Below, one piece after another: positions 1 to 13,475 of a stretch of DNA of 64,000 nt. The DNA lies in assembly GCF_009914755.1 (NCBI RefSeq), contig NC_060944.1, one strand, 5' to 3'. The first letter of the stretch is position 1, and each line of letters opens with the position of its first letter. This DNA comes from the human T2T-CHM13v2.0 reference genome, Homo sapiens. The position numbers were made by a program, and so were the translations under genes. A model generated the notes under the pieces. That model saw nothing but the letters and a program-made list of their open reading frames with translations, made no database searches and was not told the DNA's origin.

Positions 1-170
1 AAAAAGTATACAAAAAATCAGCTGGGCATGGTGGCACATGCCTGTGGTCCCAGCTAATCGGGAGGCTGAGGCAGGAGGTGGAGGTTCCAGTGAGCTGTGG
101 TTGTGCCATTGCACTCCAGCCCGGGTGACAGAGTGAGACGCTCTCTCAAAAACAACAACAACAATAAACA
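1..170 (+). mobile_element. Alu (AluJ-like) right arm, cut by window edge
   Basis: GCTGGGCATGGTGGCACATGCCTGTGGTCCCAGCT...GCACTCCAGCCCGGGTGACAGAGTGAGAC followed by an A/AAC tail; short internal deletion at GGAG|GTGG. Confidence 0.92.
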
Positions 171-294
171 TAAGAAAGTGATTTGGCTGTAACATGCATG
201 CAAGGGAAGGATCAGGAAGAATGGACTCACAAAGTATTTTGGGGGCTTGGCTAAAATGTTTTTACTCAATTTTGGCATAAGTTAGGTTAGCAGA

Positions 295-658
295 TGATAT
301 GGTTTTGCTGTGTCTCTACTTAAATCTTATCTTGAATTGTACTTCCCATAATGCCCATGTGTCATGGACAGTAATTGAATTATGGGGGTGGTTTCCCCCA
401 TCATGCTGTTCTCGTGATAGTGAGTGAGTCTCATGAGATCTGATGATTTTATAAGTGTCTGCATTTCCCCTGCTTGCACTCACTCAGTCCTGCTACCCTG
501 TGAAGAAGAGGCCTGCTTTTTCTTTGCCTTCCACCATGATTATAAGTTTCCTGAGACCTCCCCAGCCATGCAGAACTGTGACTCAATTAAACCTCTTTTC
601 TTTATAAATTAACAGTCTTGGGTATTTCTTCATGGAAGTGTGAAAATTGACTAATATA
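295..658 (+). mobile_element. THE1D-like MaLR solo LTR
   Basis: TGATATGGTTTTGCTGTGTC...CCTCCCCAGCCATGCAGAACTGTGA...GACTAATATA; 5-bp TSD GCAGA/GCATA. Confidence 0.9.
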
Positions 659-1689
659 GCATATTAGCTCAAATATTAGTTTATGTTCAAAAGTTTTGAT
701 GTCATGTTGGGAGCAACTGGAACTTGGGCAAGTTAACCTTTTCGAACATCCTTTCCCTCATTACTTTAGGCAAATGCTAACATGGAAATATTAGCATTTG
801 CCTAAGGTAATGATTTGAAAGCTTAAATTTGAGAACATGAGTCATTTCTCATTCTTTCACTTTCCTCATAGCACATAACATGATTTGAAATTATTGTACT
901 TTAGTTTTAGTTTGATAGTGCTGATCTCCACTCCTTACCTTCCCATCACCAAGAGTAGAGGTCTTGACGGCTGTTTTCATGGTTTTATCTATAGCACTTG
1001 ATACAGCATTGGACACCTAGGAGATCCTCAGCCAAAGAAAGATTAAGAAACTCAGGGAGCATAACACTACATCTGAAACACTTAGATGATCAGCATTTTA
1101 AAAAAATGTCTATTTAGGTTCTTAGAACAAGGCTATGGCATCAAATATATGAATTGGCTTTTCTACCAAGTTCTTGCCAACTGATCAGATGATGAGGAAA
1201 GCACATGTGGCCAGTAGTCTAACTCTGAGTTCTCCCAAAGTTCACTGTTTCAATCAAGGTCAAATAAACTTTTTCTGCCTTGGGCCAGGTTGAGTCATGA
1301 TAGCTTTAAGGAAAGAAGCAAGTAAATAAAATGTTCTGTCTGATCTGCCTGGATGAACCACAGTCTTGGCACCAGGACCTGACCCCCTGGAAGGGTCAGC
1401 AGACAATGGCACAGAAGAGATTGTTAATAATAAATTATAAACATGGCTGCAGCTACCATGGGGAGACCCTATATCCCCTCCCCAGCCCACACATTCACTC
1501 CCTGGCCTGTTCTGCCCCATGGGCTTAATCCACATCAGAGTGAAACAAATCCAATAAAACGTTTCCCTGAGCTAAGAGGGAGTTCAATGATTCATTCTCA
1601 TTCATTCTCTCTCTTCCTGCCAAACATCTAATCCTAGATGACGAAAGAACAAAGGAAGAGGCATTTCAAAGAAGTCATCCTCATGTGTC

Positions 1690-3260
1690 TCCCTGCTGCT
1701 TTGGTGTCTCACAAGAATCAAGACCCTGCCCTGAGGCTTACCAGGACTTAGCAGTAAATGTCATTTGGATATGGTGCCATTAGTGTCCTCTCAATGATAG
1801 GACACGAATGTGGCACCTTGTCATACCTCTTTGCTGCAGTCTCACTCACTGGGGACTACCATACTGCTGGCAAAGAGGATATTATCAGAGATGGTATGTG
1901 GGGACAGACATAGTCTCTGGCATAAGTTGGCAGCACAATTGCTGAAGATCTCAAGTGGTGACCTGGGAAATAGTGTCTTAGTGGAAGGAACACTCTTGCA
2001 GTGCCATGATTTACATGTTGTAAAAATGTCAAGGGAATGATTCTACACAGATGGTAGAAAGGGAAAAAATCTTCCCAGTAGGTGGAGATTGAAGCAGTTG
2101 GCATTAATTCCTAGGGCTCTCATTGCAAAACGCCTCAGACTAGGTGGCTTAAACAACATAAATTTATTTCCTCACAGTTTTGGAGGCCAGAAGTCCAAGA
2201 TCAAGGTGTGGTATTGACAGGTTTATTTTTTTTCTGAGACATCTCCTCTTGGCTTACAGACCCCCCCCTTCTGTGTCCTCACATGGTTTTTCCTCCATGT
2301 GCACATTCCTGTTATCTCTCTACACGTCTAAATGTCTTCTTCTTATAAAGACATCAGTCATTTTGGATTTGAGTTCACCCTAAATACTCTATTGTAACTT
2401 AATTACCTTGTTAAAGACCTTATCTCCAAATATGACAGCATTCTGAGGAACTTTTGGCTGGGACTTCAACATATGAATTTTGTGGGAACACAATTTAGCC
2501 CATAACATGATTATCCAATAGTTTACTTTGTGTGGAAAGAGAAGTATCCCAAGGTGAGACTATATCTTGATTCTGAGGCTGTGGTCGATGGCTTGGCCAT
2601 GTGGTCAGCAGCCTAGAAGGAAAAAGACTGGAAGATTGGGGCAAGAAAGTCAGAGGTAGAAGTACATGGATAGACATGTGGGAATAGCAGGAAAGGGAAT
2701 AACATTTGTTTCATTCCTCATCTCACTAGAAAATGTTACTGTGAAAGAGGCACTGAACAACCAAGTAGACAGAATGACTCAGTGACATTAGGTAGCTTTC
2801 ATCGTGAGCCACCCCAGGACTGATACAATGAGCACATGGGCAGAGTGGCCATAGTGCAGAGATGGAGGCTACTATGGGCCCAATGGCATGGGCTTTCACT
2901 TTTTCCAGCCAATTCAAATGCTGCTGTCCCTGGATAGTTAGCATGTTCGCAATAGTAATCAACAATAAGCACCTAATATGGCACTATTTCTTGGAGAGTC
3001 CAACCAGTCATTTGGTAGCAAGTCCACCTCAAGTGGCTTCTTGCACCTTGGAAAGGTCAGCCAATAGTCCTTGTGGGGACAGACACCTACTCTGAATATG
3101 AGTTTGCCTTTCCTGCCTGCAGAGCTTGAGCCAGCACCACTCTGCAGGGGCAGAGTATGTAATGGCTGATCCAAAGGCATGGAATTCCATGCAACACGGC
3201 ATCCACACAGCATTATGAAGAGACCAACTTCTCATGGTGAAGAGGGTGTTGGAATGGATT
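1690..3260 (+). mobile_element. Decayed ERVL-class (HERV16/ERVL-like) internal pol remnant, interrupted by MLT1B
   Basis: Frame from 2977 reads YGTISWRVQPVIW*QVHLKWLLAPWKGQPIVLVGTDTYSEYEFAFPA, resembling ERVL integrase; AHGQSGH zinc-finger start near 2832; stops and frameshifts present; 5' boundary approximate. Confidence 0.8.
2100..2507 (-). mobile_element. MLT1B-like MaLR LTR
   Basis: GGTGGCTTAAACAAC...GGAGGCCAGAAGTCCAAGATCAAGGTG...GGACTTCAACATATGAATTT...TTTAGCCCATAACA. Confidence 0.85.
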
Positions 3261-3289
3261 CTTGTTCTTGTAATCTATGAATTTAAGTG

Positions 3290-3494
3290 GAATTCTCCTA
3301 GAATTGTTCAGCAGTATGAGATCCTTGTGACCTAAGCCTCCCTTCTTCCTACAATCTTTCATAGGTATCAGACCAGCATTACAGTCTGAAAGCTCTTTCC
3401 ACCTTCCCTAACCCACTCTCCTTTACTACTGATAAAGCTGTTGCATTTCTAGTCCTATATTGGTACTTGCTTCTCTGAAGACTGGAGCAAATAC
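3290..3494 (+). mobile_element. LTR16-like ERVL LTR fragment
   Basis: Ends ...TGCTTCTCTGAAGACTGGAGCAAATACA directly downstream of the ERVL internal remnant. Confidence 0.55.
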
Positions 3495-6400
3495 AAATTC
3501 CTTCTCAAGGAAACGATTCTCCTTCCCTCTTGCCTATAATATTGGTCAGCTTTCATGGGTGAATTCATTCTATGTCCTTCTACCACCCCATATAATCCTA
3601 CTAACAAGTTCTAATTTAACTATGACTGTGTGAAATGTATTAGGAGAGTTTTTTCACCTTTTCTTTAGAAAACAATAAAATAAAATGAAATATTGGCTCA
3701 AATCACTTAATCACTTAATAAAATCACAGAACTCTTCCGTTAATGCATTATGCATAATTATATTTGAACTTTCTGCCTTAGGAGGAAATTAAAATTTGTA
3801 CTAATGGAAACATTCAAATTATTTTTAAAACTTACCTTTGCAATAGTGGTAGTTAGAGATTTAGCCATTAATCTTCCATGGCATTGTATTTGAAGGATTT
3901 TGTCATGTTATGCGACTTGAATTTCAGTGACGTCTAATCTGATTTTACCATCTAGGAAAACCAGAATATGAAAATTTTTATTAATTTAACATTTTATGTT
4001 TTAAATATATTTCACTTTTAGGACAATATATACCCAGAAGTATCAAACATCAATCTATGGATTCATAAAACTTGTGTATAATTGCTTTATTTACTATACT
4101 TACAAATTTTCAATTAATTTAAATTTAGCCAACCTCCATATTTTGAGGGTTTCCAAAATAAAGTATTTTGCCCAAGTCATCATAGCAAACAATTGACTTA
4201 TTTTTTCTAATTTAAAAATAACTCCTGATTTTCCTTAAATTACTTTGTAAATATTTCCAATACTACAGACAATAACAAATCAAAGAAATAAACAAATAAT
4301 AAAATTAAGCATTTATTTAAAAAAAATCCTTGAAAGCATGCATTCTCTAATGTTTACATTTTTAAAGCAACTTTTGAAGCTTCCAGAGAATTGTGAGGTT
4401 CTTGGGGACAGAGGCTGGGTCATTCCTCTTGTGTTTCTGTGATCCCTAGAAAGGCAGTAGGCAGGTAGTTAGTTTTCAATAACTGTTTCCTGTTTCTGTC
4501 AGATGCTCCCCATCCCTCTTTGAGAAAAATCTTGCTCTAAGGAGCAAGGACAATAGAGATGGACCTGTGTTTCCTGTATGGGTCTTGCACAAAGAGGGAA
4601 TGAGAAGAATTTTAAAGTACTTGCTGAAAAAGGCTCCAAGCTTTTGATTTTTCAAAATTTTTACTGCTCCGGAGCTAAAGCACAATATTCAGAAAATCAT
4701 AATGCCTGCTTCACTATATTTGCCTGTGAAGTCCCCATTTGATCAAAATAATGCTAGACAGTTTCTCTCTTGATCTGTTTAGAATCAAGATAAGGTCAGG
4801 TGTTAATTAATGTTGAATTACCAAAAATTCCCATGGAAATGCATATGACATCTACATTATAACCATAATTAGCTAATTAACCAATCAATTATAATGATTA
4901 ATGTGATCATAATGAATGTATGGCAAATGGTTATTAATTCTTAGAGTTTCCAAAGTAAATGCATTAATCACAGTTGAACCTGTGGTAAAATGTGGGTGCC
5001 TAATTATCTTTCTGAACTCTGGGTGTGATATAATAATTTTCATCTGCTTAGAACTTTTGCCACACATTGTCTTATTATTTTCCTCACAACAAACTTGTGA
5101 AGCAGTTGAAGGAAAGTTGTACTTTTATTGTTGTTGTTTCCATTTCACAGGTGGTTAAACTAAATTTTAGAGGGGCAGGTGATTTTCCCAATATCTCATA
5201 TCTTCATATTTCTTCCTTCAAATAGATCTTCCAATGATCTTAGTTGATACTTGGAGTTCTAAGCTTGAACATTTAGACAAGGCTTTCCCCATACCTTCCC
5301 AGATGTTCTGCTACATAATACTATGTGGTGTTTACTTAGAAAACTAGTCAACTTGTCATCATATTACAGATATAAGGGAGAAGAGTATTTCACCTTACCA
5401 CTGAGGGAGAGAAATTGTGAGTCATCTACAAAAGAAAAGGGACTTTGGGAGCTGGGGTTCTGGTGCAACTACTGTGTCGTTGTATGTGAGAGGTGGAGGG
5501 CATGTGTGTAAAGAACCATTGCATAATTTTTTGGGAATTTTCCTCTAGTACAAATCTCATAGCACTGAGCACAGTTCCAAGTACACAGCAGCAATGAACA
5601 AATGTGCTTGCTGAATTAAAGATACTTAACTGGAAGAGGAGCTGAAAACAAAACCAACTAACCAACCAAAACAAAACACTGAAGGGTCTTTGGAATCAGA
5701 TACCAAGCCTTAGAATGAAAAGAAGACCCTTAGAGCTTTACATTCATTTATTCTCTGATTTTCCCTGGGGAAATTGTGTGACTTTGGAATACGTGATCAC
5801 TATATATATATATGGAGCAAGTCAACAAAGGAATGCTGTAGGAGATAAACCTGGAGCTTGCTCCAGCGTAAGGCTTGGAATGGGATGAGGAAGATGGAGG
5901 ACATTCTAGGTCAGAGCAAACACATCTATCCAGGGCAGAAGTGGGAGCAAAAACACTAAGGAGAAAGGCCTTGCAGAGGTCAGGATAGTGCCAGGAAGAA
6001 GAGGAGACATGAAGGGGCAGGTGACCATTTGAGGGAGAGTCCATCATGGAAGAACTTGAATACCAAAGAAGGAGTGGAGGCAGCACATGGTAGAAGAAAA
6101 TCCTAGAATAGCTTCAGCTAGGGGTCACTTTTAATAGCACTATACAGGAAATGCTTTCACATTAAAAGGTTTTGGGGTAGTGGATGAACTTTTTGAGGTC
6201 TTGCTCTACTTCAAAGCCAATTACTCTTAAACACTTCAGAGGCATTTTGAAACTGACTCTGAACCTGGCACATATGTTAATGAGGATTTTGGTAAGTGAC
6301 ATCAGCAGTTTCATTCCAGTGAGAGGGGCTACCCAGAGGATGATCAGCAAGTCAGGATGATGCCCATGTTCACCTGTGCCCTGCCTGACTAGGGAGGGCA

Positions 6401-6627
6401 GCTCTTGCCAACTGAAGGGCTGGAGGTTAATATCAGAATGTTTATAGGTATACTTACATGAGCCCACAGTTAAATTCTATGTTGCTTTGGAGGAAATTCT
6501 ATTCTGTGGTTTATTCATTTTTAACTAATTATCAAGTTGTAGTCATAAACACTAAAGTTAATATTTTCTAAAATATTATGTATATTAATTTACTGTACAG
6601 TTCATTCCTCACATATTTATTCAGTGA

Positions 6628-6992
6628 TGTTATCGTCTGAATGCTTGTGCCTCTCCAAAATGTGTATGTTCAAACCTAACCCAGAAGGTGATAGTATTAA
6701 GAGGTGGTGCTTTTGAGGAGTAATTAGGTCTTGAGGGCTCCATTCTCATGAGTGAAATTAGTGCCCTTAGAAAAGGGCTTGAGGTTACATGTTAGCCCTT
6801 TCTACCATGTGAGGAGACAGCAACAAGGTGACATCTTTTGAAGCAGAGGTCAAGCTTTCATCAGACACTAAATCTGCTGGCTCCTTGATTTTGGACTTCC
6901 TAGCCTGTAGAACTATAAGAGATAAATTTCTATTGTTTATGAATTAGCTAGTCTAAGGTATTTTCTTAGAGCAGGAGGAAGGGACTAAGATG
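6628..6992 (+). mobile_element. MLT1A-like MaLR LTR
   Basis: TGTTATCGTCTGAATGCTTGTGCC...CCTTGATTTTGGACTTCCTAGCC...GGACTAAGA. Confidence 0.85.
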
Positions 6993-8619
6993 GGTACTTA
7001 CTAATCTATAATGGACCCCAGGAAGACAAAGATAAGTACAATGTATTTTTCCCTCTAGGAACTCTTAGTTTAGCAGGACAGGAGGACATGCCTGTGGATA
7101 AGTGCCTTTTGAAACTGGTTCCACCTGACAACTGCAGTCCTGGCTAAAGTGAGCAGAGTGTGTGGAACAGAAGCCATGCCCCTTATGGACCAGGCTTAAC
7201 TAGGCTGATTCAAATCTATGTGCTTTAGATTATGTAGGTGAGCATGCTGGGAGAATTTTACCAACAGTTCTTCCTATTTTTGATGCTATCCAGAAAGTTC
7301 TGTCACTATTTGGAAAATAGAATTTTGTGTAGTAGTTAAGAATATAAACACTGAAGTCAAAAGAATCTATGCTTATGTTGTGTATAAAATGCACAGAAAA
7401 GTGCCTGGATCTTGGAATCTTAGTCTGGATATCTCCAATACAGAACATGAGACAAGGTTCCAATGCTAATGTTTTATGGGAAGGTGTAAATCCAAGGCAG
7501 TGAGAGTGAAGGAAAAATAAAGTGGGGCTGGGAAAGATGAAAGCAAATACCTACGTGATTATTGTACCAGGCTTTCATGAAGAGTTGGAACCATACATTC
7601 AGCCATGCAGGAGATCTGTTTAGAAGCAACTATGCTTCAGAATAATCCCAAACACCCATGCTTCAGAGAAATGCATGCAGAGGGACTTGTTCTGCCAGAT
7701 CCCTTCCTTCTCTTGTCATCTGTCAATGAAAGTGCTCAGCTTGGTCTAAGAAATGTCAAGTTTTGAGGTGGTGTTGTGGGAGCAATAGTACTGCTGAGAG
7801 AGTTGCTGGACTGGACTGGTCCTAGAAACATCTGCTATAGCATCAGTGTGCTGCCTGGCTCCAGCTTGGAGTATCTTGTTTTCGCTGATGCCTGGTTTTG
7901 ATTAAAGGCACATGTTGTGTTCAAAGGCCCCTGCTCAGCTCAGCCTCTGTGTGCCCTTATGTAATTAGTTTGTTTAAACTGTGTCTCTGATTATGTCAGG
8001 TCTTGACTGTGGCCCTAAGTACAAGAGTGTAATAAGATATACCTATTAAACAGATGTTGGACTTTAATGGATATGTTTTGAACAGTCAATTGGAATTAAA
8101 CTTTCAATAACTACTGTAGAACAAGAAAATCTATCTCTTTACATTAAACAAAGCAATGTGGCCTCTTACTGGTTCTCTGAAGCAGTGATTTTCCCAGATG
8201 GGCTGTGGCCAGAATCAATGAGAGAAACTTTTACAATTCAGATTTTTGGGTCCTCAATTGCCAAGTATTTTGATTTGTGGCTCTAGGGTGAAATGTAGGC
8301 AGCTGAATTTTTAAATCGTCCTAAGCATAGAGACAATCAGAGACGGTAATTTATAGACAGACGTAGTCATTTTTCAAAAATCAATTTTTGTTACTATAGA
8401 TCAAGTATTTCATTCACCCATTTATTCTACATCAATTGATCAATTCATTCCCTTATTTCTGCATTTATTCCCCATTAGTTTAATATTCCCTGATTACCTG
8501 GTAAGCATAAGTTGCTGGACTAGACTCCATCCAGATACAAAAGATGTCTACCTAAGTAAGACATGCTTCTGCTCTAGAAAGTGTTTATCATTTAGCTAAG
8601 AGTGGAGAGTCCAAATATC

Positions 8620-8790
8620 TATTCAGCACCTGGTCTGTTTCACGCATGAGCTACTTGCTTTTCCATTTGATATCTTATGATAGCCCTAGGGAGGAGATCG
8701 TATTATCTCCATTTTACAGATGAGGATACTGAGTTCAGATAGTTTAAGTAAACTGCCCACTCTTACTCTGTTTGTAAATGCTAGAGATGA
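8620..8790 (-). mobile_element. MIR SINE
   Basis: Core TATTATCTCCATTTTACAGATGAGGATACTGAGTTCAGA. Confidence 0.8.
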
Positions 8791-8981
8791 GGAGATAAAA
8801 TGTGTGTAAAGAAAATAAGCACATCAAAAGGGAGAAATCAATTATCTTATGAGTCAGTCCAGATAAGGGGTACAGAGGGTTAGTAAAAGAAGAAGTTACT
8901 TTCAGCCCAACCGGGTAAAGACAACTGCCTAAGCTTAGAAGAACAAAGTGAAGGACATTTCAGGCAAAGTGGGCATTTGAG

Positions 8982-9130
8982 CCAGGAGTTCCCAAACTTG
9001 ACAGGTGATTTGAATCACCTGGGAGCTTTAAGATGATTCTGATTTAGTGACTCTCAGGTGGGGCCCCAGAATCTGTATTATTTATAAGCACCTGAGGTGA
9101 TTCTGAATTATCAGCCAGAGTTAGGAATAA
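8982..9130. mobile_element. MER5-like hAT-Charlie element
   Basis: GAATCACCTGGGAGCTT...GGTGGGGCCCCAGAATCTGTATT...AGGTGATTCTGA. Confidence 0.7.
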
Positions 9131-9549
9131 GCTACTTGTTAACAGAATGAATAGAGGCAGAATAGTATTTTTTAAGTCACATACTAACATTGCAACTTAA
9201 CTCTGGCTGGAATTGAGTCATTCAGGAGGAATGTGTTGCCCTCACCTTCTCCATTAGACTCATCAACAAGTCCTGCCTGTCCTGTACACAGCCTACTGCT
9301 CTAATTCTGCTCTCCTTTCTCCAGCTCCATTGCTACTATGTGGTGCCACTCATCCTGCTTTTGAATTCACTACCTCTAATCTCTGTCCCTTCAGTAGACA
9401 CAGCCTCCACTCACAGCAGCTTTAACTGTCCTTCTAAAATTCAACTGATTATACTACATAATGGCTGTTACCCACTTAAAAACCTTCCACACTCTTCATT
9501 GTTAAATTCTTCAGAGTGGGCTTTAGGCTTTTCTCAACCACATCAACTC

Positions 9550-10040
9550 CTTCATTCATTTGTTCATTAATTTATAAAATGTACTTAGTGTCTATGATGT
9601 GAAAACACCGTGCTAGACATTGGAAATACATGAAAAGAAGACACAATTCCTTTTGTTAATAAGTTTATAAAGTACAGTAAATACTGTTAAGGGGTAAACT
9701 CAAGGGGATGAGCAACACATAAGAGGAGCTGATGACCTTACCTGTAAGAGTTGGGGAAGGTTTTCTGGAGGATATGATGCCTGAAAGACAGGTAAGAGAA
9801 ATTCACTGGGTAAAAAAAGAAAGGCCTTTGTGAATAGGGGCACAGTAAGAGGAAATGTGGTTTGTTCAGACAACTGTCAATTGCCCTGCAGGAATAGCAG
9901 GTGTGGAAAGAGTAAGTATTGAGAAATAAGCATAAATGTAAACACAATTCTGGGATTGATTTGGGTAGAGTGGGTGCAATGTTGACATCCAAATCTAACT
10001 GGGTAGATTGAAGTAAATGATCAAATTTTGTATTTTAAAT
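9550..10040 (-). mobile_element. L2 LINE 3' region
   Basis: TTCATTCATTTGTTCATT tail followed by typical L2 antisense GTGCTAGACATTGGAAATACA...GGGAAGGTTTTCTGGAGGA. Confidence 0.65.
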
Positions 10041-10149
10041 GCAAAGGCTCAATATATTGAACTAAAACTCAGTTATGCTCCAGGAGCGGGGAAGGGTGTG
10101 GCTTAACATCAGCAGTGCATGTGTAAAATGTTCAGAGTGGAACTAATGT

Positions 10150-10520
10150 CAGTGGTATGAAGTGGCCCCTGTATGGACCCAGTCTTGGAACAAAATGTCC
10201 AGAAGTCCTAGGACACTGGTATCCTTGTGTTCAGGGTTAGTATCCACAGTACAAGTGGCACAGAGAAACTGAAATCTCCAAAGGCAGGTTACTGGAGAAG
10301 AAAAGAAATGCTAAGCCATAACACACATGAGAAAATCTTGGAGGAATCAGGATGGCTCCTTCTGGAGATCTTTACCAGCTAATTATCCAGAGTGCTTCCT
10401 TGTGGAAGAGAAATTGACCTTTGGAACTCTAGGGTGCAGAGCTGAGCCCAAGGGGCAATAGTCATGCATAGGCAAATTTCTGGTAAGTACAAGGAAGGAC
10501 TTTGTTAGGATGACATTTGT
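10150..10520 (+). mobile_element. L3/CR1 LINE fragment
   Basis: AGAGAAACTGAAATCTCCAAAGG...TGTGGAAGAGAAATTGAC...AGGCAAATTTCTGGTAAGTACAAGGAAGGACTTT resembles the CR1 3' end. Confidence 0.55.
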
Positions 10521-10684
10521 TTTCCCAAGGTGTATTAAAGGAGAACCATACATCTAAGAACAGATAATATGCTAGTGCCTTTCTTATCTCTACTAGGTTT
10601 GATTCTCTGATCAAAGACAGAATTTTTAGTAAAGAAAGGGTTGTCTGATTTCCAGTGGTCAGGAGAGTTAGGAGGATGTTTTAG

Positions 10685-10817
10685 CACATGCAAACTTTTT
10701 TTCTGTAAAGTGCTAGATAAAAAACAAATGAATGTGGCTGGGATCTAATAAAACTTAGTTTACAAAAACAGGCAGAGGGCAGAGTCTGGCTTATGGACTG
10801 TACTTGGTCAACTCCTG
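10685..10817. mobile_element. MER58A-like DNA transposon
   Basis: GCAAACTTTTTTTCTGTAAAG...AATAAAACTTAGTTTACAAAAACAGGC. Confidence 0.7.
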
Positions 10818-12318
10818 TTTTGGCAGATGGTGAGGACCCCACCACTGAGATTATTCAAGTAGAATTGGGGGTTTGCACTAAAATGATCTTCTTAAGAGAT
10901 GATAACTATAAATGCAGGCAATCTCTGCAGAGGACATAGACTAGTGGGGCCTTCAGAATAACTTAGCTTAATTCTCCCTCTATAAAAAATGAAACTGAAG
11001 CTCTACCTCCCCCAAAAAAGGATTTGCCCCCAAATGTAGAATTAGGTAGTGGTGTTTGCTATCCTGAAAGAGATCTCTGTTGCTCATTTTACTTATATCT
11101 GTATATTCAAGAGATAAAAACAAACAACAACAACAACAAAACACTTGTTTTTTGGTTTGTAACAAGGCTTCCAACTTTCCTGCCTTTGATTAAAGGATTT
11201 TCTAGCTGGTGCCTGAGCTTTCCTCTGAGGTGTGTGAGCCTGCTCCTCTCTGTAGATTAACATGTGCATTATGAATTCACTGTCAATGTCAGCAGGCTAG
11301 CTTTTCCAGTTTTACAAACGTCTTTTCTTTCAGGAGCTGGAAACGTTCTCAAAACTGTCCTGAAAGCAAGTAATGCTTTCAGTCGTTGTCACCTTCGTGA
11401 GGAACATGCTGCAACTTCGCTTTCTGACTTCATTCTCCGGGTGACATTTTTCACGCAGGCTCTGACAGAGACAGCAATTATAAAGACATCCAGGTTGGCA
11501 TTCAAGGATTCTTGAAGTTAACAAATTGTCCAGGGATAAATGACAATGAAGTTGGCAGTCTACACATTTCTTCATGAAAATGCATGCTCTGGGGGATCAG
11601 AATAAGCCTCAGAAGGAGATGACACCCATGCTCATGGTGGGGCCTGTCGGAGTGACCCCCAGGGCTTGCATCTTCAGGAAGCTATTTGGCTTAGGTCAGC
11701 TGGACTGTAAACTTCTGGGCAGCTATCAAGGATCAGAGGAAAACAATGAAAATATGTACTTAAATACAACGTAGCTTTTTGATTTGCTGACAATATCTAA
11801 GTGCAAGAATGGTGTTTATTCAAATCTAATTCCCTCTTGTGTATATTCACCATTCATTGGCTCTCATAGCCCAAAGTCTGTCCTCTCTGTGCAGCCCAGC
11901 CTTCCCAACGTTCCAGTGTTTTGGTCTCATCCCATCTCTCCTCCATTCAAGCATCCACTTTTCCAACTGTTGAGAACACTTCACACAGTCTGTTCCCTTT
12001 ACTTGGAATTGCCTCACAATTTCCCACTAAGCATTCAGCTCAAAAGGCACCTTTTCTGTGAAGCCTTCTTTTCTTATTCTCATGAGAACCATCTCCATTC
12101 ATGAACAGAGATAGAAGGTGGGGGATATCACCAGTAATGTCCCAGAAATCGAGGAAGCTTTACCTTAGAGGATAACAGTTGTATATAATTGAGACCCACA
12201 CCAGTTTCTAGAAACAATTCCTTATGGTATTGCTGAGTTCATCATGAAGCAGGAAGCCCAAAAGTGCACCACCAAGTCTTGATGGGCAAAATCAGTAACT
12301 TCATGCTACCGAGTGCTT

Positions 12319-12336
12319 TGTGTGTGTGTGTGTGTG
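12319..12336. repeat. (TG)9 microsatellite
   Basis: Read directly. Confidence 0.9.
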
Positions 12337-12371
12337 GTGGGGGTGGCAGGGGCGGGGGGGACTGATTTTAA

Positions 12372-12827
<456 letters not shown>

Positions 12828-13475
12828 CACTACTCACCTATTTCTTACAACTTAGAATCTATGATCTATGATAGAATCTATGAGATGTGCTATTAGGCAA
12901 ACTCCATTTTACCAATGAATAAATGGAGAAATAGTCTTAGAGCTGTTCCAAGGCTTACAACTAGTAAGGGTAATAAACGAGCCAAAAGAAGAGCTCGGGC
13001 AGCCAATGTGAAGAGAAGTTGGATTGGATCAGGGTCTCAAAGCGGAAAGACTGAAGGGATCCCTAAGCCTCTGAGCTCATCGCCACAGTGCACTCTCCCT
13101 GGAAATGTAAAGATGTGCTGAGGATATGACTGTGGGTAGCCTTCCCCAGACCTTCTTTCCAGGGTGGTGGCTGAAGCTGGTTGGAGCTTTTTCTAGAAAT
13201 GTCCTGACTCAATCTCTCAGTCACACTCCTGAGCACAGAAAGGCTTGCGCTGTGCCTCCCTCCAGGGCACCTGGTCCTGGATGTGACTTGGAAAGAGGAG
13301 GACATTTCTGTAGACCAGGCAGAGCAGAGAACTAGGAGGTGGTGGGAGGGGTAGGAGGGTGAGTGAAGCGGTGGGCAATAAAGGGGGTGGGGAGTGGGTG
13401 GGGGGGGTCCATGGAGCAAGGATAGCTGCAGCTTAGAGATTGTGAGAATGATTATCTTTTCTCCATTAAGGATAA

